DNA of 64,000 nt from Malacoraja senta (taxonomy: Eukaryota). A model generated the notes under the pieces. That model was given only the letters and a program-made list of their open reading frames with translations. It was not told where the DNA came from and did no database searches. This document shows, in pieces, positions 50,240 to 62,886 of the stretch; position 1 is the stretch's first letter; each line of letters starts with the position of its first letter. Location: positions 19,096,001 to 19,160,000 of the forward strand of contig CM075988.1 of NCBI GenBank assembly GCA_038087875.1, read 5' to 3'. A program made the translations under genes and the position numbers.

Positions 50240-50954
50240 GGAGTAGAGATTTAAAAGAGTGGCGCGATGGCAATGCAGATCCACTTCTGTGACCAGCGCA
50301 CAAAGAGTGGCCTGGGTCTGGAGAAGGGTCTCCGCCCAAAACATCTCCCATTCCTTCTCTCCAGAGATGCTGCCTGCCCACTCTGAGTTACTCCAGCATT
50401 TTGTGTTTATCTTCGGTTTAAACCAGCATCTGCAGTTCCTTCCTACAACGTTGGATCTTCATTCCCCTGGAATAGTAATAGCGGGTTGGTTGAGAAGGTT
50501 AACTCTGAGAAACCTCAAACGTGACCCCACGCGATCTGTTTCAGTGTTGACAGTGGCAGCAAGGTGGAAGGGGTCAATCAGCTTGGGGGGGGGGGGTTGG
50601 TCAGTAAGGTCTTTGATGGAGTAGGTTGTGTGTCCAAACAATCTAAGAAATCGAGACACCAAGTGCTGGAGTAGCTCAGCAGGTCAGGCAGCATATCTGG
50701 AGACATGGATAGGTAACGAGTTGGGTCGCGACACTTCTTCAGACTGTGTCACTCCAGCACTTTTTGTCTTTTTATTTGTAGAAACAGCACTTGCAGTTCC
50801 TTGTTTCTCCTATCTAAGAAATGGACTTAACACAACTTTTTTAGATGGCTTCTGATTATTTTTTAACAAGTTTCAGGCTGGTTACTTGGGCCTTAGGAAG
50901 CCAGCAGGTAAAAGGCAGGCAATTGGTTTTGTCCATGAGGTAACTAGATCTCTA

Positions 50955-51360
50955 ACCCCCCCACTCCAAATTTTCTTCCCCCTCCCCTCCCTGTGCCCCA
51001 CTCAGGTGCACAGACATTTCTCCCACCAGCATGTCCTCTTTTGCCTTCCTCCTTTCACCTTTCACCTTTATCCCCTCCTCTAGCTTCACATTTCACTCTT
51101 TTCCTCACCTTATATTGCACCCTTTTGTCACCTTGTTTATCTCATGCCTTCTGTCCACCCATCAGCCCATCAAACCTCTCCCCCCTATCAGTATCCACCT
51201 ATCACTTGTCCCACCACCACCTCTTTCCTGAAGAGAGATCCTGGCCTGGACTATATCGTTCAGAGATGCTACATGACCTGTTGAGTTACAGTATTCCAAC
51301 ACTTCAGCATCTCTGGAGAGCATGGATATGTATTGCTTCTGGTCAGGAACCTTCTTCATA
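50955..51360 (+). mobile_element. Penelope-like UTR/pseudo-LTR fragment with a short inverted arm
   Basis: Pyrimidine-rich UTR homologous to 3320-3560 (-) and a degenerate CTGAAGA core. Confidence 0.65.
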
Positions 51361-51366
51361 CTCCAT

Positions 51367-51700
51367 GTTTAGCTTAGTTTAGTTTAGTTTAGTTTAGTCT
51401 AGTTTAGTTTAGTGATACAGCACGTAAACAGGCCCTTCGGTCCACCGAGTCCATGCTGACCAGCGATCCCGGTACACTATCACCATCCTAAACACATAAG
51501 GGGCAATTTACAATCTTTACCGAAGCCAATCTTAACAAACCTATGTGCCTTTGGAGTGTGGGAGCAAACTGGAGCACCTGGAGAAAACCCACGCAGGTCA
51601 CAGGGAGAACATAGAAACTCGGCACAGCCCATAGTCAGGATCGATCCCAGGACTCTGATGCTGCGAGCCAGCTACTCTACCATTGCGCCACCTTGTCGCC
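51367..51700 (-). mobile_element. V-SINE with long (TTTAG)n tail
   Basis: Matches the other copies directly. Confidence 0.85.
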
Positions 51701-52490
51701 TTCATGTGCAATCGATTTTCTCCAGAGATGCTGCCCAATCTGCTGAGTTACTCCAGCACCCCGTGTCATTTCTTGCATCTACAGTTCCTTGCACCAGCAT
51801 TAATACTCATCTCCAAACATCTTTGGTTCTTTTAGCAACGGATCGATTCACCTAATGATGCAAGATACGTCCAATGTTTAACAGGCAGTTGGGAAACATT
51901 GGTCATCACCTGTCATACTCAAGCCTCATCGTTTAGTGAAGTCCAACCAGCCTTGTTCCCTTTGCATGCAGAGCAGAGCCCAATTGAGTATGTATCACTT
52001 CAGTACTACAGAATAAAAGAGGCAGACAAGTTATGTGACACGGCAACACAAATTATTTCCCAATAGCTTGCAGGTTGTTTCACAGAAGCACATCTCAAAT
52101 GACTTGTCATCGCTTCTGACTTGGAAGCCAACCTTGAAAATAATGAGTTGAATTAAGTCAGTCATGGCATCAGGTGTATGAGCTGGCAGTGTTGCAGTTA
52201 AGGCTGCTGTTTCACAATCCTACAGATGAAGACTTAACTCTCGGAGCTAGCTGAAAGCAGAATTTCACAAACTTGCAGGCATTTGAGTTTCAAGGCTGGG
52301 TGAGATGGTAAAATAGATTACCGTTCCTTGAAAGAAAAAAATAATAATGGAATTATGAAAAGCCAATAATTGTCCATGGGAAAGGCACACTCACGGCTCA
52401 GCATAAAGGCCAGCAAGAATGATTGGAGAGTGGTTCATATAATGATATCCTCAGAAAGGAAATCTATGGGAAGGGAGGTGGAGGGGAGGA

Positions 52491-52750
52491 CTTAGTTTAG
52501 CTTAGTTTAGTTTAGAGATACAGCGTTAAGCAAGCCCTTTGGCCCACCGAGTCCACGCCAGCCAAAGATCACCCTACACACTAGAGACAATTTACAGATG
52601 CCAATTGACCTACAAACCGGCACGTCTTTGGAATGTGCAATGAAACCAGAGCAACTGGAGAAAACCCACGCGGTCATAAGGAGAATGTGCAAACAGCGCC
52701 TGCAGTCAGGATCACACTGAAAGGCAGCAACTCTACCGCTGCGCAGTGTG
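52491..52750 (-). mobile_element. V-SINE
   Basis: Matches the other copies directly. Confidence 0.85.
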
Positions 52751-54057
52751 TCGATATTTCAAGTTGAACTGTCAGTCAAGTGTCGCTCTCCAACCCTCCC
52801 GGGCATTTTAACGGGCCTCTTTTGGGCCTTACCCAGTCTTGCAAAGGTTCTGTGACCTGAAACATTAACTCTGTCTCCCTTCCCACTGACGCTGCCCAAC
52901 CTGCTGATAATTTCCAATATTATTCTTTTTTTTTAATAAATCTTAGCTTTCCGGCACCTGCAGTTCTTTTTGTTTTTCTGGATTATTAAGGAGTGGAGTG
53001 CAAAATGCACTGCTGGAAAATGGATTACAGCCCTTCCCCGTGAAATGAAAGCAACAAAATGCATATAATGGAATTATGAAAAGCTTTCATTTGTCTACAG
53101 GAGAGACTCCCTCTCGGTCGAATATAAAGAGCATCAGAAGCAAAATGATTGGAGGAATGTTCTTATAATGATCTCAGAAAAAACTCCATCATTGAGCCAC
53201 AAGTCGTAGTGATTTACTAACCATGAGTCCCCCAATCCCTGTTATATTAAAACCTGCTGTGTGTTAAATTTGTAAGCCTGTTACTTGGCCTTGTTATACA
53301 GTATAAACTATGATGGAAGCGGAGAATTAAGTGCATTCTATTTTCAACAGCAGGTGATATTGCTGGTTAATCCATCATTGAAAAGTTTCAGGCTTGTCTC
53401 ATCTTCATTGTTTCACGGTCCGTGTAAATAATTATCGGGGGAAAATTTAGAGATTGAAAATAATCTCAACACAATTTTCCGAAATATTGTGCGTTAAGGT
53501 ACCTTCAGTTCATCAACAAAGGGAAGATATATGGATAATATTAAATCAGCAGACTGCTGGTTTCCATTGGAACAGATGTCACCCAATATGATCTTGTGTG
53601 GTGATTTGAGTGCAATGCTATTGGTAGCCTTGGGCGACTTTTCAGTCATTTCAATCTGGAACTGGCATTCTGCTACATTGCAAACAGCTGTAATTATGTG
53701 GCGTATCATTGTTTAAAAGAATAGTTTTTTTATATAACACAGAACATATTTTATTGTGAGCTCAATTAAGGGGAATCGTCAACTCTCCTCTGTGACATGC
53801 TGCATTAAAACGCTGATTAGCCGAAATATATGACAAATATTTTTGACATTCTTGAGGTGTAATGAGCAGGGTGGATGGATCAAGGGGAAAGAGTGGATGC
53901 AGTATATTTGGACTTGCTGAAGACATTCAATGAGATGGCACACAAGATTTTGTCAGGTAATTTGAGAGCTCGTGGGACTGTGGTTTTAGTATATTTGCAA
54001 AGACAGCACACACAGAACATACTAAATGGGTGAATACTCACAAGTTCAAAACAAGAG

Positions 54058-54337
54058 TGGCACGGTGGCACAGCGGTAGAGTTGCTGCCTCACAATGCCA
54101 GAGAACCTGGCTCGATCCTGACTACGGGTGCTGTCTGCACGGAGTTTGTAGGTGTGGGTGGGTTTTCTCTGGGTGCTGCGGCTTCCTCCCCTATTCCAAA
54201 CAGGTGCAGGTTTTTAGGTTAATTGGTTTCTGTCAATTGTCCCCAGTGTGTAGGATAGAGCTAGTGTACGGGTAATCGCTGGTCGGCGAGGACTCTGTGG
54301 GCAAAAGGCCGTGTTTCCACGCTGTATCTCTAAACTG
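54058..54337 (+). mobile_element. V-SINE nested in an old CR1 fragment
   Basis: A/B boxes, V-domain and tail. Confidence 0.85.
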
Positions 54338-54864
54338 AACGAAAAAAGGCATGGGCTTAATGTGAGCGATTTAAGAGATGGAACTCTGAGGCAACCTTTT
54401 CAATCAGAGGGTAGTCTGGAACTGGAATGAGCTGTCAGAGGTACAGAAGCAGATACAATTACAACTTGCAAAAGATACTTCGAGTTTCACTGCACCTTAA
54501 TTGGTACATGTGGCAATAAACTGACCTATGAAATCTTTGAAAAGCTTTATTTGGACTGATATATGGATAGGAAGAGCTGAGATGGTCTATGGGCCAAATT
54601 CAGGCAAATGGGATAAGCCCAGAATGGCAACTAGCTTGGCATGGACAAGATGGGCTGATTATATGGAAGAAGAGCACCTCACATTCCACTTGGGTATCTA
54701 TAATTGATATCATCTGGATATCTAATTGTCCTTTCAGAGCTTAATTTAAAAATGGCCAAAACCATACAATTTGTTTTCTGAAGGCCAAAAAAAACGTTTC
54801 AGTCAGTAGTTGCTCCACTCTGAAACTAAAACAACAATTTCTAAAGTCTCTTTCATGATTCACA

Positions 54865-55182
54865 GGGCGGCACAGTGGCGCAGCGGTAGAGCTGCTGCCT
54901 TACAGCGCTTACAGTGCCAGAGACCCGGGTTCGATCCCGACAACGGGTGCTGTCTGCATGGAGTTTGTACGTTCTCCCCGTGACCACGTAGGTTTTCTCC
55001 GAGGTCTTCGGTTTCCCCCCACACTCCAAAGACGTACAGGTTTGTCGGTTAATTGGCTTGGTATAAATATACATCGTCCTTGGTGTGTGTAGGATAATGT
55101 TAATGTGCGGGGATCGCTGGTCATCGTGGACTGGGTGGGCCGAAGGGCCTGTTTCCACGCTGTATCTCTAAACTAAACTAAA
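54865..55182 (+). mobile_element. Full-length, well-preserved V-SINE (HE1-like)
   Basis: A-box TGGCGCAGCGG, B-box GGTTCGATCC, V-domain, CR1-like tail gggccgaagggcctgtttcc and (TAAAC)n. Confidence 0.95.
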
Positions 55183-56033
55183 ACATTTCAGGACATTCCA
55201 ACACACTTTATGGCCCATGAGGTATTTTTGAAGTATATACTCTTGTAATGAGTGGATACTTGTATTGCAGTATCAGCACATTCAGCTTATACTCAGCAAC
55301 TTTCTCAACCAGTAATGAGTGGATAGTGGGCTATGAACCTGTCCTCAGGCATTTACCCTGGATCAATGTGGGCCGGATCACCTGTGGGAACTTCCCTGTT
55401 CTTCAAAATAGTGCTATTTCATCTCTTGCATGCACCACAGAGTGAAATATAAGATCTGAGTCCAAGGGTCTGCACCTTCAACCGATCTGCGTTGCTTTGG
55501 AATTTTGGCCCCGACAGAAGAACTGAAAGCTGCATTCGCTGAGAAACAAATGCTGGAAATACTCAGCAGGGCAGGCAGTGTCTGTGGAATGGGAAGCATT
55601 GTTAACTTTTCTGATTGAATGAGAAGCTTAAAAGTGCCCACCACCAGACTCAGGAACAGCTTCCTCCCCTCTGTTATTAATCAGGCTTCTGAACGGTCCT
55701 TCCATAAGCTAAGGTACTGTCCAATTCACCTCTACCCCATTGCGGACTTGCACTTTGACCATGGAACTGCTGCTCCACAATGCTGAGAACTACATTCTGC
55801 ACCTTTTTGCTCTGCCTACTGTAATTGAGTTAGACTTGATTGTGTTTATCTGTAGTATGATCTGATTTGATTGCATAGCGTGGAAAACAAAGCTTTTCAC
55901 TGCACGTGACAACAATAAACCTAAACCCAAAATATTATTTTCTATCTACACAGATGTTATTTCTGTAACGTCAGCCCTAATTGTTTTGCATGCATGGGAG
56001 AGAACATTGTCACAGACTCAACCACAACAGAAT

Positions 56034-56256
56034 GTGTAGGAAGGAACTGCAGATGCTGGTATACACTGAGGATAGACACAAAATGCTGGAGTAACTCAGC
56101 GGGACAGGCAGCATCTGTGGATAGAAAGGAATGGGTGATGTTTCAGGTCGAGACCCTTCTTCAGTTTGAAAAGGTTCAGTTTGTGCCGAAACCCGCCCTT
56201 TCATTCTATCCAGACATGCTGCCTGTCTTGCTGAGTTACTGCAGCATTTTTTGTCT
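56034..56256 (-). mobile_element. Palindromic Penelope-derived insert
   Basis: Inverted arms, with caaccacaa on both flanks. Confidence 0.8.
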
Positions 56257-57350
56257 AACAACCACAAGATACACAGATTTTGAGCTGCAGTGGATCAACA
56301 TTACTTGCTGATTTTTGGCAACATTTTACAAAACCTTTCACTGCTGACTTTTTTCTAAGGGGGCAGAAGGTGTAGCAATCTTATTCCATAATTAGTTTTA
56401 ATCCTGAGCGAATTCTCCAGTTAAACTGCGACTCGGTGCAGAGTGGCTTCCTGCCAGAGTTTATGGACAAGGCTAAGTCAAAACACCTCCAGAGATTGGG
56501 AAGCATTATCAAGTTTAAATTGACTGCCACTTCTCCTGATGTTATAAGCACCGGGCCTGACCAAATAGGTGCAGAAGCTAGCCTGCAGTACATCAGCTTG
56601 GCATAACAGCATCCTCAATGGAGATCTCTGGGGGAAGGGATGGTTCAAATGGGGTCAACCACCAATTTCTCAAGAAAATTATCTCTCAGGACTGTGACTA
56701 AACTGTGTTAGGATCTGCTCTGTGTCCTGAATAATACTACACTGTAAATGGATCGATTGTAATCATGTATTGTCTTTCTGCTAACTGGTTAGTACACAAC
56801 AAAAGCTTTTCACTGTACCTTGATACACGTGACCATAAAACCCGACTCTGTACCATATTACACACAACACACCAAACAAACACTCTCAAATATAAGAATT
56901 TAACACACAGGTCTAAAAAACTTAAGGAATGTACAAGCAATTTCTAGAAGATAGTCTTACATGGGACTGCATTATATTTAGTTTACAGATAGGGTGTGGA
57001 AACAGGGGATACCCATCGACCATTGATTGCCCGTACACAAGGGGCAATTTACGGAAGCCAAATCCGCATGTCTTTGAATGTGAGAAGAAACTGTAGCAGC
57101 CAGAGAAAACCTATGTGGTCACGGGTAGAACATACAAATTCCGTACAGAATTCTGCATCTGTAATCAGGATTGAACCCGGGTCTGTGGCGTTGTGAGGCA
57201 GCAACTCTACTGCTGTGCCACTGTGCCGTGTAACTTTCCACCAATTTACATACGTATAATCGAATATAAAGTGTTAAGCACGGAAAATGCTGTTGTAGCT
57301 CAACATATCAGGCAGTATCTGTGGGGAGAGAAACCGAGTTCATATTTTAT

Positions 57351-57886
57351 ATCTGAGGAAGGACATTATAGCCATAGAGGGAGTGCAGAGAAGGTTCACC
57401 AGACTGATTCCTGGGATGTCAGGACTTTCATATGAAGAAAGACTGGATAGACTTGGCTTATACTCGCTAGAATTTAGGAGATTGAGAGGGGATCTTATAG
57501 AAACGTACAAAATTCTTATGGGGTTGGACAGGCTAGATGCAGGAAGATTGTTCCCGATGTTGGGGAAGTCCAGGACAAGGGGTCACAGCTTAAGGATAAG
57601 GGGGAAATCCTTTAAGACCGAGATGAGGAAAAACTTTTTCACACAGAGAGTGGTGAATCTCTGGAACTCTCTGCCACAGAGGGTAGTTGAGGCCAGTTCA
57701 TTGGCTATATTTAACAGGGAGTTAGATGTGGCCCTTGTGGCTAAAGGGATCAGGGGGTATGGAGAGAAGGCAGGTACGGGATACTGAGTTGGATGATCAG
57801 CCATGATCATATTGAATGGCGGTGCAGGCTCGAAGGGCCGAATGGCCTACTCCTGCACCTATTTTCTATGTTTCTATGTATCTATG
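57351..57886 (+). mobile_element. Young CR1 3' fragment, near-identical to 13114-13650
   Basis: ORF 57383-57787 differs by one residue from the corresponding part of ORF 13213-13923. Confidence 0.95.
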
Positions 57887-59766
57887 GATACAAGGAACTG
57901 CAGATGCTGGTTTACAGTAAAAGGCGGTGCTGGAGTATTTCAGTGGGTCACGCAGCATCTCTGGAGAACATGGCCAGGTATCGTTTCAGGTCAGAGCATG
58001 TCTTATTTTAATACTTCATATGATGATTTCTCATCAGCATTTTCCATATTTCACATTTGCAGCATCTGGATTTATTTGCTTTAAGACCAAGTTGTGACTC
58101 AATCGCGACCATCAAATAGGCCCAAATCGCAAAGACAATCCCTTTATCAAAGCACATTGTAGCCTTGGCATTGAGCTTCACAACAAGCTCCTCATACTTT
58201 TTGTGGAAACAGAGGAGATTACACAAATTGCTGTCAAACCTATTCACCACCATTTGTCATCTAGCATAAAACAGTACAGAATGCAGAAACATGGAACCGC
58301 AGATGCTGGTTTACCAAGGATAGATACAAAATGCTGGAGTAACTCAGCAGGTCAGGCAGGATCCATGGAGAACATGGATAGGTGACGTTTCAAGTCGGGA
58401 CCCTTCTTCATTGTAAAACAGTACAGCACAGGAACCAGTCCTTCAGCCCATGATGTTAATGTTGAACATGGCGCCAAGTTAAACGTATCTCCTTTGCCTG
58501 CACATGATCCATATCCTTCCATTCCCTGCATATCAATGTCCCTACCAAAAAACCTCCTAAATGCCACTATTGTATCTGCTGCCAATACCAACCCTGGCAG
58601 TGCTGTCCAAACACCCACCAACCCCTGCATAAAAACATGCTCCGCACATCGCCTTTAAACTTTCCTCTCACCTTAAACCTGCGCGCTCTAGTTTCTCATA
58701 TTTCCATCTTGGGAAAACAATTCTAAGATCCTATCCTGTTAATGCCTCTCAGAGATTTGGAAACTTCTATCAGGTTTCCCTTCAGCCTCTGACACTCCAG
58801 AGAATTGAATGTATTAAAATTCAGCCTCCACGGATAGAAAGTTCCAAAACGAGAAATTCTTCCACATCAAAACATATTCATAGAGTTGTTCAGCACAGAA
58901 CCAGGCCCTTTAGTCCAACTCATCCGTGCGACTGAAATGCCCCCCATCTAACCTAATCGCATTTGGCCGCGTTTGCCCCATATCCATCTAAACCTCACCG
59001 CCATCTTAACTGGAGAATCCCTTCATTTGACGTTATAGTCCCAGGGTGTTCTCCCCTTCAGGAAATATCAAAACGTTGAACGTTAGTGAAAATTTGTCTG
59101 AATTTCAACCCCCCCCCCGCCCCCCCACCACCTTTGCATTAACCCAAAGAACTGAACCGTGCACAGAAGTTAGAGACTGCCCCAAAGGCATTCTCTAAAC
59201 ATCTACAATTTCAATGTCCCTCAGCGACTTTATGATTGAGCACACTTCACCTCCAATATGTAGCCCTAACTTGCTAAGCCTTTGCTCGTAAGGCTACACT
59301 GCAGGAATCAATCATCTCCCAACTACCTCCAATGAAAACATATTGCTCCTTATGAAGGAGACCAGAACTACAAGCAATACTGCAGGGAGAGTTACAGCAG
59401 CATCCTGTACTGTTGTAGCAAGATTTATACTCCATACCCACTTGCAATAAAAAACAATATTCCATTTAACGTCCAAATTACTTGCTTCACCTGCTGGCTA
59501 ACTTGATGTTTTCATGTACTGGGAGTTTCAGATATCTTGGTATAACAGCACTCTCTTGTCTCGCTATACTTTAGCAATATTCCACGTTTCTGTTCTGCCC
59601 AGATTGAATCCCATCTGACAAACCTTTATCCACATGTTCAACCATGCTCTTCACCCTCTATTCCTACAGAGACACTCCTTGCCACCTGCACACCTCTGCA
59701 CACCAAACCCACAGTGGTTTGCTTGACTGACTGCAATGCACTTGGATCCTGCATCTGCATTTTAAT

Positions 59767-60770
59767 GGGCGGCACGGTAGCGTAGCGGTAGTGTTGCTGC
59801 CTTACATTGTTTTTAGCGGAATAACGGAAGATGATCCAGAAACTAAATGTGTTTCAAAAGAAATTAATGGACTATGGGTTAATAACTGGAAAAAAGCTAA
59901 TTCTAAAATTTTGGAAGAAGGCTCCAATACCAACTATAAATATGTGGATTTCAAATATGTTTGAAACATTACACCTAGAAGAGATAAGACTCCTCCTAGC
60001 AGGTAAACCAGATCACTTCCACCTGACGTGGTCTGCATTTATAGAATTATTACAAACATAGGGTGCAAAATTACTTTAAAAAAAATAAAAAATTGAGGTC
60101 AGGTAAGGGGGGATGATAGTTGAAGAGTTGGTATGTCCTATTTACGTAATGCTCAAAAAAACATTTGTTTTTCTTTTTTTTTTTTTTTTTTTTTTTCTCT
60201 CTCTCTTTCTCTTTTTTTTCCTAGGGCCTATTTCTTAACTCTTTTTCTTTTGTTTTTAATTTCGCTCTTATAGGGTCTTCGTCCTTTTTTGTTGTTACAT
60301 TTTCTACACTTTTCTACACTTTCACTTTTTCCTTCACTTTCTTCTTTCTTTCAATCTTTTCCTTTTCTAGTGTAAAAAAATAAATAAAGGGAGTACATTA
60401 ATTGTAAGAAGATACAAATGACGAGTATTAATGTATGTGGTTGTAATGTAATGTACTTCTAATAAATAAAAAATTTAAAAAAAAATAAAAAAAATAAAAA
60501 AAAACAACATTGTTTTTAGCGCCAGAGACCCGGGTTTGATCCCGACTATGGGTGCTATCTGTAATAGAGTGTTACGTTCTCCCCGTGACCGCATGGGTTT
60601 TCTCCAAGATCTTCAGTTTCCTCCCACAAGCCAAAGAAGTACAGGTTTGTAAATTAATTAGCTTGGTGTAAATGTAAATTGTCCCTAGTGTGTGTAGGAT
60701 AGTGTTAATGTTTGGGAATCGCTGGTCGGCATGAACTCGGTGGGCCGAAGGGCCTGTTTCTCGAAACTAA
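59767..60770 (+). mobile_element. V-SINE split in its tRNA head by an L1
   Basis: Head 59767-59818 continues as ccagagacccggg at 60522. Confidence 0.9.
59819..60506 (+). mobile_element. 5'-truncated L1 with exact 15-bp TSD
   Basis: ORF end identical to 41886-42266. TSD acattgtttttagcg at 59804-59818 and 60507-60521. Confidence 0.97.
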
Positions 60771-60844
60771 AAATCTGTCTTTAACGTAGCTTGCAAATAG
60801 CCAAAACTATTTGGGTTCCAAATAGTTACAGCAAGTCAGTTGAA

Positions 60845-61180
60845 GACTGGCCTGGATAGATTGGATGTAGAGAGGATGATTCGACTAGTGGGAGAATCTA
60901 GCTTCAGACGCCATAGCCTAAGAATAAAAGGACATGAGCAAATTAGAAAGGAGATGAAGAGGAATTTCTTTAGACGGTGTGAATCCGTGGAATTCAATGC
61001 CACGGAAGGCTGTGGGGGCCAAGACAATGGATATTGTTAAGGTGAAGATTGATAGGTTCTTGATTAGTAAGGGTGTCAAGGGTTATGGGGAGAAGGCAGT
61101 AGAATGGGGTTGAGAGGGAAAGATGGATCAGACATAATTGAGTGGCATAATTGAGTAGACTTATGAACATAAAGAATGGC
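60845..61180 (+). mobile_element. CR1 3' fragment
   Basis: GLDRLDVERM..LVGES..RRHSLRIKG. Confidence 0.8.
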
Positions 61181-61711
61181 CCATTTATTCTGGCCCTCCA
61201 TTTATGTTAGCCCATCCTCCCTCCATGTTAGGATTTTATTCACAGTCATGAGTCTATCTCCTTTTAAGTGGCACCTCAATAAATCCAAATAAATACATGG
61301 CAGTCGGGTTAACGAGGATACTATTCCTGAGAATTGCCTGTAAGTCAAAGTGTCTGAAAATCCACAACATCTATTTTCCCATTGGTGCCCATATCATTTT
61401 GCTCTACACTTCCTATAATTTAACTTGATCAAATAATCACCATCACACTACTCGTAACTAAACTAAAGAAATATGTACTGTATCCAGTATATCATGAAAT
61501 ATTTTCCTATTCCTTATTACTCGCTTGAAAATGCTTGTTAAAGCTATGGGAGAATGTGTGTGAAGTTGGATTTTCTTTGATCAGGGCAGAGGTAATGCAG
61601 AGACACTGTACCGAACACCTTTATTCACCTGGTTGTTGCATTCTCATTTAACTGTGATGATTTAATCAACATTTTATATTCCTTTCATGAAACTATGTTG
61701 ACTTTGTTTAA

Positions 61712-62290
61712 AGGAGGTTACAGAGAGTGGTAGACTATGTGGTGGAGAGTGGTAAACTATATCACGGGTACTGATCCCCCCCACCATGGAATGCATCTAC
61801 AGGAGGCACTGCCTCAAAAAGTCAGCCGGTATCATAATAGACCCACACCACCCTGACCACGCTCTCAGCTCTCTGCTACCATTGGGTAGAAGGCACAGGA
61901 GCCTGAGAACAGGTTTAAGAACGGCAACCACCAGGCTCTTGAACACTGCACAACACCAACCTCAGCAACTGTGATCTTCTATAGACTGTGCCTTTGGATG
62001 CACTGCAGACTTTGTTTTTGCACAATTATGGTAACCTTGGTTATTACTATTATTAATTTATTGCATTATTGATTATTATATATTATCTGTGTTATTCACA
62101 GAGTCATGAGCTCTTATCTATGTTTTAAGTGGCACCTTACTGAATCCAAATAAATACAGGCAGTGAAGGTTCTCTTCCTGAGAATAGCCCAAGAATTATG
62201 TTTTTGGGTTTGGAAAGCTGCAGCAAGTGAGAATTTCATTATTCTGTTGCTGGTACATATGATCATTAAAAAATCTACTCTCTTGACTCT
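61712..62290 (+). mobile_element. Rex1/Babar-like 3' fragment containing a ~100-bp insert
   Basis: ORF 61786-61974 IYRRHCLKKSAGIIIDPHHPDHAL..LLP.GRRHRSL and tail ctcttgactctt. Confidence 0.8.
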
Positions 62291-62616
62291 TTTTCCTTAA
62301 TAATGAATTTGAGCATTTTCATAACAGCTGCCTCACCTGACGCTCTGTATACTTGTATAAATCAAGTCATTGCATCTGCAGTTTTCCAGCCCACAGGGAT
62401 CCTTCCAGAAACTAGGGAATTTTGTAAAATCATAACTGAAGCATCCATTAACTCTTCGCCAACTTCCTTTAAGATACTAGATTTAAAGGCACGGGTCCAG
62501 GTAATTTATCGGTGGACTGGTCGATGAATTTTTCCTGCACCTTCTCTCTGTTGATAGTGATTGCTTAAAGATTGTTGGTAATAGAAGGCCTAGCAGTCCA
62601 GAGACCAAGAGCTAGG

Positions 62617-62886
62617 AGGCAGCATCAACAGTGGTGCAGCTGGTAGAGCCACTGCCTCAAAGCACCAGGGACCCGGGTTCGATCCTGACCTCTGGAGCTG
62701 ACTGAATGGAGTTTGCATAAACTCCCTGTGACCGTGTGGGTTTACTCTGGGTGCTCTGGTTTCATCCTATATCCCACAGACGGTTGGTAGGTTTGTAGGT
62801 AAATTGGCCCCCTGTAAATTGCCCCGAGTGCATATGGAGTGGATGAGAAAGTAGTATAGTATAGAACTAGCATGAACGAATGATCA
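62617..62886 (+). mobile_element. V-SINE (older subfamily)
   Basis: A/B boxes and V-domain. Confidence 0.8.

Noticed and set aside
53494-53716. Short ORFs on both strands in unique sequence
   Set aside because: No recognisable homology or convincing splice sites. More likely non-coding.
54865-54940. tRNA-like sequences with A/B boxes (many copies)
   Set aside because: These are SINE heads continuing into the V-domain and CR1 tail, not tRNA genes.
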